DNA of 64,000 nucleotides from Candidatus Woesearchaeota archaeon (GTDB taxonomy: Archaea; Nanobdellota; Nanobdellia; Woesearchaeales; DSVV01): positions 2,554 through 66,553 of the forward strand of contig JABHXF010000009.1 in assembly GCA_018657385.1 (NCBI GenBank), written 5' to 3'. The notes beneath the pieces were generated by a model, which was not told the DNA's origin, made no database searches, and saw only the letters and a program-made list of their open reading frames with translations. Both the position numbers and the translations under genes were made by a program. Below are positions 51,013 through 61,424 of this stretch, one piece after another. How positions within the stretch are numbered: the stretch's first letter is position 1; each line of letters begins with the position of its first letter.

Positions 51013-53865
51013 ATGAGGGAAGACTTAGAAACACAATTAAATGCTCATTTAGATGCATTAGTTCTCAAACTAGAGAGAAATTTATCTGAGGAAGAAAACA
51101 GAAGAAGAAAAAAAGAATTAGAACTTTCTAAAGTAGCTTTGGCTCCGGATGTTTGTTTTACCTTTTTTAGGTTATATGAAAAAGAACTTGATGAAATAAT
51201 CCAAGAAAGAAGAATTATCTTTCAGGACTTTGATGAAGTAATGAGAAATTATGATCAGGAAGCAAGACAATTAGCAAACAGAATAGTAATTGGAGAAACA
51301 GAAGCACCTGTTCTAGATTTAACAGAAATTATGAAGAATCAATATTTGACTAAAGATCAAGTTGAATATTGGAAAGGGATTACTGATGGAGAAGACTTGG
51401 AAATTATTTCCATATTGGCAAAGTTGTCTAAACATCATTTGTCAAGATTAAAGAATGTTGCAGATTATGGCTGTGGGGAAGGACATAAGAGCTTAGCTGT
51501 GTACAGATTAATAAACAATAGCGCTTTTGAAGGAAACCTAAACCTAATTGACTTTAGCAGCAGAATGTTATGGGAAGCACGTTCTTATTGTATTGGGGAG
51601 GGAAATACAGAAGAAGAATGTATAGAAGAAGGAAAGATTCCAAAAAAAAATGTACATGTACATGATCCTGTCAACCTTGAAAAGATGGGGAAGATTTTGA
51701 AAGATAAATATCCAACCCTGCATTTATTCATAGGACAAACAATAGGCAATTTTGAAGATGAAATAAGAGTTGTTGATAATATTGCCGCCAATATGAAAAT
51801 GCATGATTATCTTGCTGTTGAATGGTTCAGAAAAGAACCTGAAGACTACAAAGGCAAAAAGTTTGAAAATTTTTATCGTGAACTTCTTAATAATATCCTA
51901 GGTATTCCAGAAGAAGCAATTAGTGGGTATGATGTTGAGTTAGATACATCAGAAGGTATAGAAGCAAATGTAATGTCATTTACAGTGAACGATGTTCCTG
52001 AAGACAATAGTAATGGTTATTGGGAAATCAACCAAGAAAGAACAGAAAATGAGGTATACAAACTTTACCCTGGAACAAAAATAGTTGTTTCAAAATCAAA
52101 AAGATTCAGTGATAGAGAAGTTACTAGTCTATTTGAAAAAGCAAATCTTGAAACTGTTTTAACAGATGGTAAAAAAGTTTATGTACCTTCTGATGGCAGA
52201 GAGAAAAGATATGCATTGTTTAGGAAAAAGAAAGAAAAGAAAACTAGACCTTGGTTAATTGCTGGAGGATTGACTTTATGTGCTATCCTTGCTACAATTG
52301 GTATTTTTGGTGATTCTAATAACAATACTCCTTCTAACCAAACATTAACACCACAAGTTATAGTAGCAGAAGCAGATATTCCTGAACAAAAACCATTAGA
52401 TGTAATAAATAATGATGGTAGAGATGACGATAATTTACTCACCCCGAAATATAATGTAAAAGGCGATAAAGAAAAAGAAGATCCAAACATATACAAAGGT
52501 AAAATATTAGAAGACACATCATTTACAGAGTTATCAACAAGAACAAATGAATTATTAAAAATGTATTGTGATTCAGGAAGGTTTGTTAAAGAAGAAATTT
52601 TAGAATGTACGTCAAAAAGATGTGGCCATTGGTCAAATATAAGTATGGAATGGAAACAAAAAGAAGATTGTTCTGAAATTGATGAAAAAGATAAATTTAA
52701 AGTTTATTATTCTGATTTAATTGACGTCTCTGGTAAAATAAATGATGCTGATCCTAGCATTGAAGTCACATATAAAGGAGGGGAATCTCGTCTATCAGAA
52801 TGTGGAAGAAAAAGCATAATTGATTTTTATATAAAAATCGTTGCTGCACCTCCAAAATATGTTATGGGGATGAAAGATTATAGTGGAACTATCCATCCTA
52901 ATTTCTTTTTTCAAATACTAGAATCAAGAAAAAAGGAAAAAATAAACATACCATATGACTGGAGAGATATTAATGAATATACATTAAGACTTGATGATAA
53001 ATCAGATGATCAATTAGTTTTAAAACTTGTTTTAGAAAATGGGGATGAAGATGAAATTTATCTTAAAAAAGATAGTAGTAGAATTGCAGGCTTAATATTA
53101 GATTGTCATTCTGAAACAGAATTTGGAAAAATTGAAGCTTATTACAAAGATGATATTATTAGTTGGAAAAAAATAAAGAAAAAGATCAGATTAGAAGGGA
53201 AAAAAGATTTAACTAGAGAAGAAAAAATAGAAACAATTAAAAGATTAACCGATGTAATTAGAACATACATCCAAAATTATGGATCAAGTGCTGAAAAAGT
53301 TATAGAAAATCCAACTGTTTCTCCAAAAGATGACCAAATAGTTGATGCAGAAGCATCTAAGACACAAGAGAATTATAGAAATGAAGGTGGATTAAGTTTA
53401 GTAGAGAAAGATAAAAAATCATCTAGAACAATGGAAGAGATTGTTCAATGTATTTGTAAAGAATCTCCAGTGATGAGATATGAAGTTGCTGATTGTAGAT
53501 ATAGTAAAAGAGAATATATTGATAATCAAAGTTTAAGACAATATGAGATTAGGGCAGATAGAGGAATGTTAATTGAATTTTCTTCTGATCCAATGGGAAT
53601 AGATCAAAAAAAACCATGTACATATGATTGTATAGGATTTTATTTAGATACACAATATGTTAAAAATGCTACAATAACACCAATATCGAATTCATCATTA
53701 GTTGAAATGACAATAACTCATAATTTTTCAAGTAAATGGAAACCATTTAATGGAGTTAAAAGATTTGAAAGTAAAACATACATAATACTTGGAAATGATG
53801 CAGAAGTTATTAAAGAGTTTCTGAAACCATGGGTTAAAATAGAATATCTAAAAGAAAGAAAATGA
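51013..53865 (+). CDS. EgtD-like (histidine-specific family) SAM methyltransferase fused to a TM helix and large C-terminal domain
   Basis: DYGCGEGHKS, IDFSSRML, LFIGQTIGNFE, VSKSKRFS; KKKEKK then WLIAGGLTLCAILATIGIFG. ATG 51013 preferred to the track start at 50992. Confidence 0.7.
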   Translation: MREDLETQLNAHLDALVLKLERNLSEEENRRRKKELELSKVALAPDVCFTFFRLYEKELDEIIQERRIIFQDFDEVMRNYDQEARQLANRIVIGETEAPVLDLTEIMKNQYLTKDQVEYWKGITDGEDLEIISILAKLSKHHLSRLKNVADYGCGEGHKSLAVYRLINNSAFEGNLNLIDFSSRMLWEARSYCIGEGNTEEECIEEGKIPKKNVHVHDPVNLEKMGKILKDKYPTLHLFIGQTIGNFEDEIRVVDNIAANMKMHDYLAVEWFRKEPEDYKGKKFENFYRELLNNILGIPEEAISGYDVELDTSEGIEANVMSFTVNDVPEDNSNGYWEINQERTENEVYKLYPGTKIVVSKSKRFSDREVTSLFEKANLETVLTDGKKVYVPSDGREKRYALFRKKKEKKTRPWLIAGGLTLCAILATIGIFGDSNNNTPSNQTLTPQVIVAEADIPEQKPLDVINNDGRDDDNLLTPKYNVKGDKEKEDPNIYKGKILEDTSFTELSTRTNELLKMYCDSGRFVKEEILECTSKRCGHWSNISMEWKQKEDCSEIDEKDKFKVYYSDLIDVSGKINDADPSIEVTYKGGESRLSECGRKSIIDFYIKIVAAPPKYVMGMKDYSGTIHPNFFFQILESRKKEKINIPYDWRDINEYTLRLDDKSDDQLVLKLVLENGDEDEIYLKKDSSRIAGLILDCHSETEFGKIEAYYKDDIISWKKIKKKIRLEGKKDLTREEKIETIKRLTDVIRTYIQNYGSSAEKVIENPTVSPKDDQIVDAEASKTQENYRNEGGLSLVEKDKKSSRTMEEIVQCICKESPVMRYEVADCRYSKREYIDNQSLRQYEIRADRGMLIEFSSDPMGIDQKKPCTYDCIGFYLDTQYVKNATITPISNSSLVEMTITHNFSSKWKPFNGVKRFESKTYIILGNDAEVIKEFLKPWVKIEYLKERK

Positions 53866-53945
53866 TTTGCACATATTTCAATTGATTAAAAACAATAATA
53901 TAACTTTAAAATAATAATGAATCAACAACAACTAAAAAGAAATTT

Positions 53946-54905
53946 CTAAAAATCACCAGGTACATATCTTATTATTTCTTCACGATAAAAAGGGAAGCTT
54001 TCAAAAGATTTTATTTCTGGAAACTTTTTTCTCATTTCTTTCATGAACTCATATAGGTGAGCCATTGATTTAACCTGTACTTCAAACTCTAGATCACAGC
54101 TATCAAGCACCTCTACAACATAAACTGCATTAGGATGCATTCTAAGAAACTGAAGCAAAGTCAATTTTCTGGCAAAAGAAAAGTTTTCCATAAAAAGCAT
54201 GATTTTATGATGAGAGTACCCTAACTTTTCTAAATTCAGGCTGCACCTATACCCTAAAATAAGTTTTTCTCTTTCCATACGCTTAATCCTATTGCTTACA
54301 GCCATAGATGTAAACCCAACTTTTTTAGCTATTTCTGTTGAAGGTACTCTCACATCTTTAGTCAAGGAATGTAGAATTTTTTTATCTGTTTCATCTATTT
54401 TAACTAGTCCAACGCCACCCCAAACTAATTCTTCATCATCTTTTTTGTTATACAAATAATTTCTCTTAAAATGATAAATCTTTGTTGCTATAGATGGTTT
54501 TTTAGTTCTAATCACTGAATAAAAATTTTTTTCAAGACTATCCATAACCATCTTTATCTCTTCAATACTTTTAAAAAATCCTGATAAACATATATTCATA
54601 TTGTCTCTAACAACAAACCAACCTAATTGTGAAGTTTTTTTTGTAAAATCAAGAAATTTTTCTTCTATCTCTGGACCAACTCTCTCTAATTCAATATTAC
54701 ACCTACAATAAATATAACCAAGCTTACTTAAATCTATAATTGGATAATACCCAGTTATAACACCTTTTTTCTCTAATTGTTTTATTCTATAATTAGTTAC
54801 TTCCTTAGATAATCCAACCTTCTTTGCAATCTGTGAAATTGGTTGTCTTGCCTTAAAGTCTAATTCGCTTAATATCTTCATATCCTTAATTGTTAGTTTA
54901 ACCAT
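53946..54905 (-). CDS. Tandem Lrp/AsnC-family transcriptional regulator
   Basis: Two repeats of DxKIL..L...R....IAKKVG.S/T...V..RI..LE..GV/LI.GY....D/NL.KLGY. Confidence 0.92.
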   Translation of the reverse strand: MVKLTIKDMKILSELDFKARQPISQIAKKVGLSKEVTNYRIKQLEKKGVITGYYPIIDLSKLGYIYCRCNIELERVGPEIEEKFLDFTKKTSQLGWFVVRDNMNICLSGFFKSIEEIKMVMDSLEKNFYSVIRTKKPSIATKIYHFKRNYLYNKKDDEELVWGGVGLVKIDETDKKILHSLTKDVRVPSTEIAKKVGFTSMAVSNRIKRMEREKLILGYRCSLNLEKLGYSHHKIMLFMENFSFARKLTLLQFLRMHPNAVYVVEVLDSCDLEFEVQVKSMAHLYEFMKEMRKKFPEIKSFESFPFYREEIIRYVPGDF

Positions 54906-55055
54906 CTTATTAAGTGTTCCCTCTTATTTTTTAGTAAATTAAACTTATTTATATGTTTTTCTTTAATTTGATGCATTTTTTTAAAAGAAGTTTTATCATT
55001 GTCCTTAGCCACCATATACCTTATGAAGAGGATTTAATCAAATAGAGGTAAAAAA

Positions 55056-55391
55056 ATGGCAAGACAAAATATACAAGCAAAAAATGTTCAAACAAACTTA
55101 GAACAACGAACCGAAGGTAATTTTCTAAGCAGATTAGGAAATACTGCAAAAAAATATGCAACAATTGCGGTTGTAGGTGCAGGATTAGCAATGGGTGCTA
55201 CATCATGCTCACCATATTTTATGGGAGTTAGAGATGGGAACTCGGTTTGTTTAGAAAAATATTGTAGTGGCGGAACAAAAACAGTTGAAGAATGTAGTGG
55301 TTCATTTCGTGATAGAGAATGTAAAAATGTTACATCATGCTTGGGATACTCAACAAGAACAGTCCCAGATCACTATTGTGATCAAAAATAA
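55056..55391 (+). CDS. Small Cys-rich lipopeptide 1 (conserved leader)
   Basis: QAKNVQTNLEQR leader, KKYA plus h-region plus ATSC, six further Cys; GAGGT SD. Confidence 0.8.
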   Translation: MARQNIQAKNVQTNLEQRTEGNFLSRLGNTAKKYATIAVVGAGLAMGATSCSPYFMGVRDGNSVCLEKYCSGGTKTVEECSGSFRDRECKNVTSCLGYSTRTVPDHYCDQK

Positions 55392-55408
55392 TATGGAGGG
55401 AAAACAAA

Positions 55409-55762
55409 ATGGCAGGAAATGTACAAGCAAGTCAAGCAAAAAATGTTCAAGTAAACTTAGAACAAAAACTGGGAAATACAACAAAATTAGGTGGATTAGG
55501 TAATACAATAAAACAATACGCAGCAAAAGTTGTTGTTGCAGCAGCATTGGTTGCTGGAGCTGGTTATGCAGCAGGATGTGGTGGTGAGGCAAGTGAATGT
55601 TGTCAAGAATTGAATTGTGGTTATGAACAAAGTTGTAATGATCATTATGATGATACCTGCGCATGTGTAAATGATCCAAGTACCAAATATCAAACACAAG
55701 AATTTGGATTAACTAGTGATGATGTATTTGAAAATGATGCAACAACCTATGACGGGTTATAA
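55409..55762 (+). CDS. Small Cys-rich lipopeptide 2
   Basis: QAKNVQVNLEQK leader, KQYA plus h-region plus AAGC, six further Cys; GGAGG SD. Confidence 0.8.
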   Translation: MAGNVQASQAKNVQVNLEQKLGNTTKLGGLGNTIKQYAAKVVVAAALVAGAGYAAGCGGEASECCQELNCGYEQSCNDHYDDTCACVNDPSTKYQTQEFGLTSDDVFENDATTYDGL

Positions 55763-55776
55763 ATCTTTGGTGAAAA

Positions 55777-56139
55777 ATGAATTCAATAGATGATATTACA
55801 ATTCCACAACGAAGTTTAAAAGAAAAAGTAAAAGAAACTTTACAGAATATTGTAGGAGCTACAATAATAATTGCTCTTGGTGGCTTATGTTATCAAACAT
55901 GTTTTGGTTCAAGAACAATTGAAAACACAACAATCACTGGCAAGGATATATTCGAAGTTACAGATTATGACACAAATTATTCAGAAACTCAAAACACAAT
56001 AGATATTGACAAACATAAAAGATGCATACGTGGACCTTATCCTTTTGGATCTAGTTTTGATGTAGGAGACAAGTTAAAAGAAATTAAATATCGACCAGGA
56101 TTGGGGCCATGTGATTATTATGTAAGCCATAAAAGGTGA
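55777..56139 (+). CDS. Small membrane-anchored protein, MNSIDD paralog 1
   Basis: GGTGA SD; MNSIDD..TM..YxxCF..TI..NTI..C..GD.LK..KY..C pattern shared with the next gene. Confidence 0.8.
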   Translation: MNSIDDITIPQRSLKEKVKETLQNIVGATIIIALGGLCYQTCFGSRTIENTTITGKDIFEVTDYDTNYSETQNTIDIDKHKRCIRGPYPFGSSFDVGDKLKEIKYRPGLGPCDYYVSHKR

Positions 56140-56143
56140 AAAA

Positions 56144-56509
56144 ATGAATTCAATAGATGACCTTGCACATATGGATAATAAGAGTAAGCTTGGGAAAGTA
56201 GGATATGTCTTAGGAAGAATGATTTTAGGAGGAATGATCTTTCTTTCAGCAGGCATGGCGTACAAAGCATGTTTTGCTCCAAAAACAATTAACGACGTAA
56301 CAATTGTTGAAAATGGCAGAGAAGTCATGTATGAAGCAATGTTTAATGATGCAACATATTTCAACACAATAACAACTGATGACGACAAATGTTTTATTGT
56401 CTCTGATGAGAAAAGAGGCCAATTAGAAGAAGGTGATCATCTAAAATCATTGAAATATAAACTAAGCATAAGACATATGTGTAATTATCTAGAGAGTTAT
56501 GAAAAATAA
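56144..56509 (+). CDS. Small membrane-anchored protein, MNSIDD paralog 2
   Basis: Same architecture and the same SD/start DNA (GGTGAAAAA(A)TGAATTCAATAGATGA). Confidence 0.8.
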   Translation: MNSIDDLAHMDNKSKLGKVGYVLGRMILGGMIFLSAGMAYKACFAPKTINDVTIVENGREVMYEAMFNDATYFNTITTDDDKCFIVSDEKRGQLEEGDHLKSLKYKLSIRHMCNYLESYEK

Positions 56510-56527
56510 ACAATTGGAGGGAATAAA

Positions 56528-56887
56528 ATGGCAGGAAATGTACAAGTACAAGCAAAAAATGTTCAAGTAAATTTAGAGCAAAGAGTTGGAAATACAACAA
56601 AATTAGGTGGAGTTGGAAAGTTAGCAGAACTGGGAAATTCAATCAAAAGATATGCAACAAGAGTTGTTTTAGCAACAGCATTAGTTGCAAGTGCTGGTTA
56701 TGTAGCAGGATGTTTAGACAATGATGATAGTGAATGTTGTGATGAATTAAAATGTGAAAGTCAAGGTTATGGTAATGAAGAATGTTATTGTACTTTTTCA
56801 TCTCCTCACAAAGCAGATAATTGTGTCACAAATAGTGATGGAGAACAAGAATGTTGCAGCTGTGAATGTTACAATATTAACTATTAA
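56528..56887 (+). CDS. Small Cys-rich lipopeptide 3
   Basis: QAKNVQVNLEQR leader, KRYA plus h-region plus VAGC, ten further Cys; GGAGG SD. Confidence 0.8.
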   Translation: MAGNVQVQAKNVQVNLEQRVGNTTKLGGVGKLAELGNSIKRYATRVVLATALVASAGYVAGCLDNDDSECCDELKCESQGYGNEECYCTFSSPHKADNCVTNSDGEQECCSCECYNINY

Positions 56888-56922
56888 ACAAACAATGAAA
56901 AATAAATTGTAGGAAATAAAAA

Positions 56923-58059
56923 ATGTTTGAAAAAATAAAGAAATATACAAACTTAGCGATGCTTGTTGCAGCACTTTCATTGAGTACTGGTGTTGCAACT
57001 AGTTGTGTTAATGGATTTGGAGAAAGTGGTGTTGTAGGAAATGAATATAATAAAAATGATGATGCACAAGATGCTAAAGAAGATATAAGACCACAATCAC
57101 ACAAATCATTTTGTTATTCTGATCTTGATGGAGATAAATTTTATGGGAAAAATCAATGTTTAGATAAAAATAATAATGGAATTGAAATTGAAATATTTGA
57201 GGATGGAACATATTTTCCAGAATGTCCAGCAGGTTGTTTAGCACCATTAAATTTTGATTGTAATGATCAAGAAAAATCAATCAATAGTGGAGCTATTGAA
57301 AAATGTAATAATATCGACGATAATTGTAATGGTATCGTAGATGAAGGATTAGAAGTTGAATGTTTTTCTGAGTGTGATATTGGAAAAATTGTTTGTGAAG
57401 AAGGAGAATGGCAGGAATGTAATGCAGTAATTGATTGTTGTGAACCAGGAGAAATAAAAGATGAAATACCATGCCCATACAACCCACACCAATTCATATT
57501 TGTAATTGACAATTCTGGAAGTATGGAAGGTAGTGATTACAATAACATTAGATGTGACGGATTATATTTATTTGTTGATGAAATGAAAAATGAAGATGAA
57601 GCTCTATTGATTACATTTGATGATAATCCTAAACAAATTGGTTCGTTCACGTCTAATAAAGATGAACTCAAATCATACATCAGTAATGCATGTGGTCATT
57701 ATAATGGAACAGATATTGGACAAGCAATGCAGCTTGCCATAAGTAAATTTGAAGGAGATAATTTTGATAACGTAATCATGTTATTAACTGATGGACATGG
57801 AAGTAGTGTTTCTGCAGAAGAAATAAAAAAACATGCTGAAGACAAAAAAGTTACAATTGATTCTATTGGTTTAGGCAGTGGAGTAGAAGATAATTTTTTA
57901 AAATCAATGATAACAAAAGATGGAAAATATTATTTCATTAGTCAAGCTGACCAAATACCTTCTATTTATAATGAAATTTTTATGAAAACTAAATACAAAG
58001 CATGGACAGAATGTAAAGAAAATGGTAAATGGAAACAAGAATATGGGGTGTGTAACTAA
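56923..58059 (+). CDS. Lipoprotein with MopE-like Cys repeat and von Willebrand A domain
   Basis: ATSC lipobox; DCND..IN.GA.EKCNNIDDNCNG.VDEG; MIDAS FVIDNSGSM, GTDIG, LLTDG. Confidence 0.88.
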   Translation: MFEKIKKYTNLAMLVAALSLSTGVATSCVNGFGESGVVGNEYNKNDDAQDAKEDIRPQSHKSFCYSDLDGDKFYGKNQCLDKNNNGIEIEIFEDGTYFPECPAGCLAPLNFDCNDQEKSINSGAIEKCNNIDDNCNGIVDEGLEVECFSECDIGKIVCEEGEWQECNAVIDCCEPGEIKDEIPCPYNPHQFIFVIDNSGSMEGSDYNNIRCDGLYLFVDEMKNEDEALLITFDDNPKQIGSFTSNKDELKSYISNACGHYNGTDIGQAMQLAISKFEGDNFDNVIMLLTDGHGSSVSAEEIKKHAEDKKVTIDSIGLGSGVEDNFLKSMITKDGKYYFISQADQIPSIYNEIFMKTKYKAWTECKENGKWKQEYGVCN

Positions 58060-59012
58060 TGAGAATTATAAAAAATATAAAAAAATATGTTGGTATTGGT
58101 TTACTTGCAGGTGTAATTGGCATTGGTGCAGCTTGTGGAACAGGAGACATAGGTTTTTCAAACTATGATAGAAATGATAGTGTTAATTCATCTGTTATTG
58201 AAGATGTTATTGAAGAAACAGATGATGAAAAATGTGATAAATATTTCTTTAGAGATAATGATGGAGATGGTTATGGAGATGTTTCTGTTTATGTTTGTCA
58301 GAAGATTCCAGGATATGTTGAGAATAATCTTGATTGTGATGATAACAATATGGATCTAAATCCAGACACAATTGAGAAATGTAATACAATTGATGATAAT
58401 TGTGATGGGAATATAGATGATGTTACACAACCATGCTCTTCTGCCTGTGGAGATGCTGGAGTTGAAGAATGTATTGATGGTAAATGGCAAAATTGCAATG
58501 CCGCAGGTCTTGAGGAAATTTGCAATGGTAAAGATGATGATTGTAATGGAGTAGTTGATGATAATATTGATTGTCCTGAATTTTATTGCAATGAAGCATT
58601 AGTTGGATATTTAGAATGTAATGATCAAGATTGTAAAGATTTGTATTTATCTGGCATTATTGAAAATGACATACAAAGATTTTATGATGTCCTTGAATGT
58701 TTTGAAAATAATGGGTGTAATGAATATCCAACAGAACCTTGTAATTATATAGGTAATCAGAAACAAGGAAACATTTGTATGATGAACAATTGTTTTGATG
58801 AATATTATTGGTGTATTGCTGGTAGTATTAATGGCGAAAAAGATATGCTAGATTTATTTATGAATTGCTATAGTGATAATCATAAAGGTGAAGAATGCAT
58901 AACATGTTATGACCAAACAACTGAGGAAGGAAAGAAAGGATTTTTAGAATTAATGAAATGCATAATGACAGGGAAAGAAGAAGAATGCATGATGCTAATG
59001 TTTGGACAATAA
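58059..59012 (+). CDS. Cys-rich lipoprotein with MopE-like repeats
   Basis: GAAC lipobox; FRDNDGDGYGD, DCDD..EKCNTIDDNCDG, EICNGKDDDCNG. Confidence 0.85.
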   Translation: MRIIKNIKKYVGIGLLAGVIGIGAACGTGDIGFSNYDRNDSVNSSVIEDVIEETDDEKCDKYFFRDNDGDGYGDVSVYVCQKIPGYVENNLDCDDNNMDLNPDTIEKCNTIDDNCDGNIDDVTQPCSSACGDAGVEECIDGKWQNCNAAGLEEICNGKDDDCNGVVDDNIDCPEFYCNEALVGYLECNDQDCKDLYLSGIIENDIQRFYDVLECFENNGCNEYPTEPCNYIGNQKQGNICMMNNCFDEYYWCIAGSINGEKDMLDLFMNCYSDNHKGEECITCYDQTTEEGKKGFLELMKCIMTGKEEECMMLMFGQ

Positions 59013-59117
59013 ATAACAATCATCTGAATAAAATTCAAACATTTATTGTGAAAACACAACAAACTTTTTAAATATCCACACCCAACTTAACCATATTATT
59101 GAATATTGGATGATATT

Positions 59118-61424
59118 ATGGCTAATGAGGGTAAAAAACTAACAAAAACAACCAAATCAACTGAAAAAGTTAGTAAATCAAGTGGAAAGAAGAGTAATAA
59201 ACCACATAAGATAGTTGTAACTAGTGCTCTGCCATATGCAAATGGTTCAATTCACCTTGGTCATTTAGTTGAATATATTCAAACAGATATATTTGTAAGA
59301 TTTCTTAAATTGATTGGAAAGGATGCAATCTATTGTTGTGCAGATGATACTCATGGAACACCTATTGAGTTAAAGGCAAAACAGCTTGGTATTAAACCTG
59401 AAAAATTAATAGAACAAATCTGGAAAGAACACACTAAAGATTTTTCTGATTTTCATATTGAATTTGATAGTTATTATTCTACTAACAGCAAAGAAAATAA
59501 AGAATATGCAGAATTTATTTATAATGAATTAAGGAAAAAAGATTTAATTTATACAAAAGCAATGCAATTAGTTTATTGTGAACATTGTAAAAGATTTTTA
59601 CCAGATAGATTTGTTAAAGGTACATGTCCAGAATGTAAAGCAGAAGATCAATACGGAGATGTTTGTGAAAAATGTGGTAATGCACATAAAACAACTGATT
59701 TAATTAATCCAAAATGTACAATATGTAATGGAAAACCAATAGAAAAAGAAAGTAAACATTATTTTTTCAAGTTAAGCAAATGTAAAAAACAATTAACTAA
59801 ATTTTTACAAAAGAAAACATTACAAAAAGAAGTTGTGAATTTCTGTATGAATTGGATTGAAAAGCTTGAAGATTGGTGTATCAGCAGAGATGCTCCTTAC
59901 TTTGGATTTGAAATACCTAATTCTGTAAAAGAAACAGGTTCTACAAAATATTTTTATGTTTGGTTAGATGCACCTGTTGGTTATATTAGTAGTACTGCTA
60001 ATTATTGTAAAAATATTGCTAAAGGAAAAGGTAAAGATGGAAAAGCATTGAATGAAAAAGATTATTGGATGCCAAAAAATAAAGAAGAAAGTGAAATCAT
60101 TCATGTTATTGGTAAAGATATAATCTATTTCCATTATTTATTCTGGCCTGCAATGTTAGAAAATTCAGGAATTAAACAACCTGACCAGATTATGACTCAT
60201 GGTTTCCTAACAGTAGGAAAAGAAAAGATGTCAAAGACAAGAGGAACATTTGTTTCTGCAAGACATTATCTGAATTATTTAAATCCACAATATTTAAGAT
60301 TTTATTATGCAGCTAATTTAACAGCTAAAATGGAAGATATTGATTTAGATATTGCTGATTTCAAAACTAGAATTAACACAGAGTTAATTGGAAACCTAGG
60401 TAATTTTGGATATAGAACAATTAGTTTCCTTAACAAGAACTTTGATAATAAAATTGAAGAGTTTGATGTAGAAGATAAAGAAGTTCAAAAAATAATTAAT
60501 GAATTTACAGAAACTGCTGTTAAAATTAGAAATAATTATAGACATTTTGAATTCAGAGAAGTTATTAAAGATATTTTACATTTAAGCAGTTTAGGCAATA
60601 AATATTTCCAAGACAAAGAGCCATGGGCATTATTGAAAGGAACAAAAGAAGAAAAAGAACAAGCGCATAAAGTTTTAAGCTTTTGTTTCCATTTATTGAA
60701 AAATTTAGGAATAATTATTTCTCCAATCATGCCAAAATTTGCAGAGAAATTACAGAAGCAGCTTAATCTTAAGAATTTAACATGGGATGATATACATTTT
60801 GATATGAAAAGCCATAAAATTAACAAAGGAGAAATTCTTGTCAATAAAATAGAAGATGAAATAAAGAAAATGATTCAAGATAATGCTCCAAAAGATTCTA
60901 AAAAAGATAATAAGTCTGGTGAAAATACAAGCAATGAGTTTTTATTAGATTTAAGAGTAGCTAAAATTGAATCTGTTGAAGATCATCCTGATGCTGACAG
61001 ATTATATGTTATTAAGATAGATTTAGGAAAAGAGAAAAGACAATTAGTAGCAGGAATTAAAAAGTATTATTCTAAAGAGGATTTAGAAGGTAAAAAAGTT
61101 GTAGTTATTACTAATCTAGAACCAGTTAAATTAAAAGGAGTAAAAAGTGAAGGAATGATGCTAGCAGCTGAAAAGAAAAAGGATGTTGTAGTATTAGAAG
61201 CTGATAAATCAAAAGTTGGAGACCAAGTGTATATTGATGGAATCAAACTAGTTGATAAATTTAAAACTATTAAATTTGATGATTTCTTAAAGTATAAAAT
61301 GAAAGTAAAAGATAAGAAAGTATTTTTAGTTGGAAATGAAGAAGAAGGAAAAGAAAGTAAATTCTTAAGAACTAAAAAAGAAGAGATTAAAGCTAGTATT
61401 AATGATAATGCTAAGGTTTGTTAG
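59118..61424 (+). CDS. metG: Methionyl-tRNA synthetase with C-terminal tRNA-binding domain
   Basis: TSALPYANGSIHLGH, zinc knuckles, DWCISRD, YVWLDAP, GKDI, KMSKT, DLRVAKI..HPDADRL. ATG 59118 is the likely start. Confidence 0.97.
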   Translation: MANEGKKLTKTTKSTEKVSKSSGKKSNKPHKIVVTSALPYANGSIHLGHLVEYIQTDIFVRFLKLIGKDAIYCCADDTHGTPIELKAKQLGIKPEKLIEQIWKEHTKDFSDFHIEFDSYYSTNSKENKEYAEFIYNELRKKDLIYTKAMQLVYCEHCKRFLPDRFVKGTCPECKAEDQYGDVCEKCGNAHKTTDLINPKCTICNGKPIEKESKHYFFKLSKCKKQLTKFLQKKTLQKEVVNFCMNWIEKLEDWCISRDAPYFGFEIPNSVKETGSTKYFYVWLDAPVGYISSTANYCKNIAKGKGKDGKALNEKDYWMPKNKEESEIIHVIGKDIIYFHYLFWPAMLENSGIKQPDQIMTHGFLTVGKEKMSKTRGTFVSARHYLNYLNPQYLRFYYAANLTAKMEDIDLDIADFKTRINTELIGNLGNFGYRTISFLNKNFDNKIEEFDVEDKEVQKIINEFTETAVKIRNNYRHFEFREVIKDILHLSSLGNKYFQDKEPWALLKGTKEEKEQAHKVLSFCFHLLKNLGIIISPIMPKFAEKLQKQLNLKNLTWDDIHFDMKSHKINKGEILVNKIEDEIKKMIQDNAPKDSKKDNKSGENTSNEFLLDLRVAKIESVEDHPDADRLYVIKIDLGKEKRQLVAGIKKYYSKEDLEGKKVVVITNLEPVKLKGVKSEGMMLAAEKKKDVVVLEADKSKVGDQVYIDGIKLVDKFKTIKFDDFLKYKMKVKDKKVFLVGNEEEGKESKFLRTKKEEIKASINDNAKVC

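Noticed and set aside
55056..56887. RiPP (lanthipeptide/ranthipeptide) cluster
   Set aside because: No radical SAM, LanM, YcaO or peptidase-transporter gene nearby; leaders end in an h-region plus lipobox and the even Cys counts favour disulfides.
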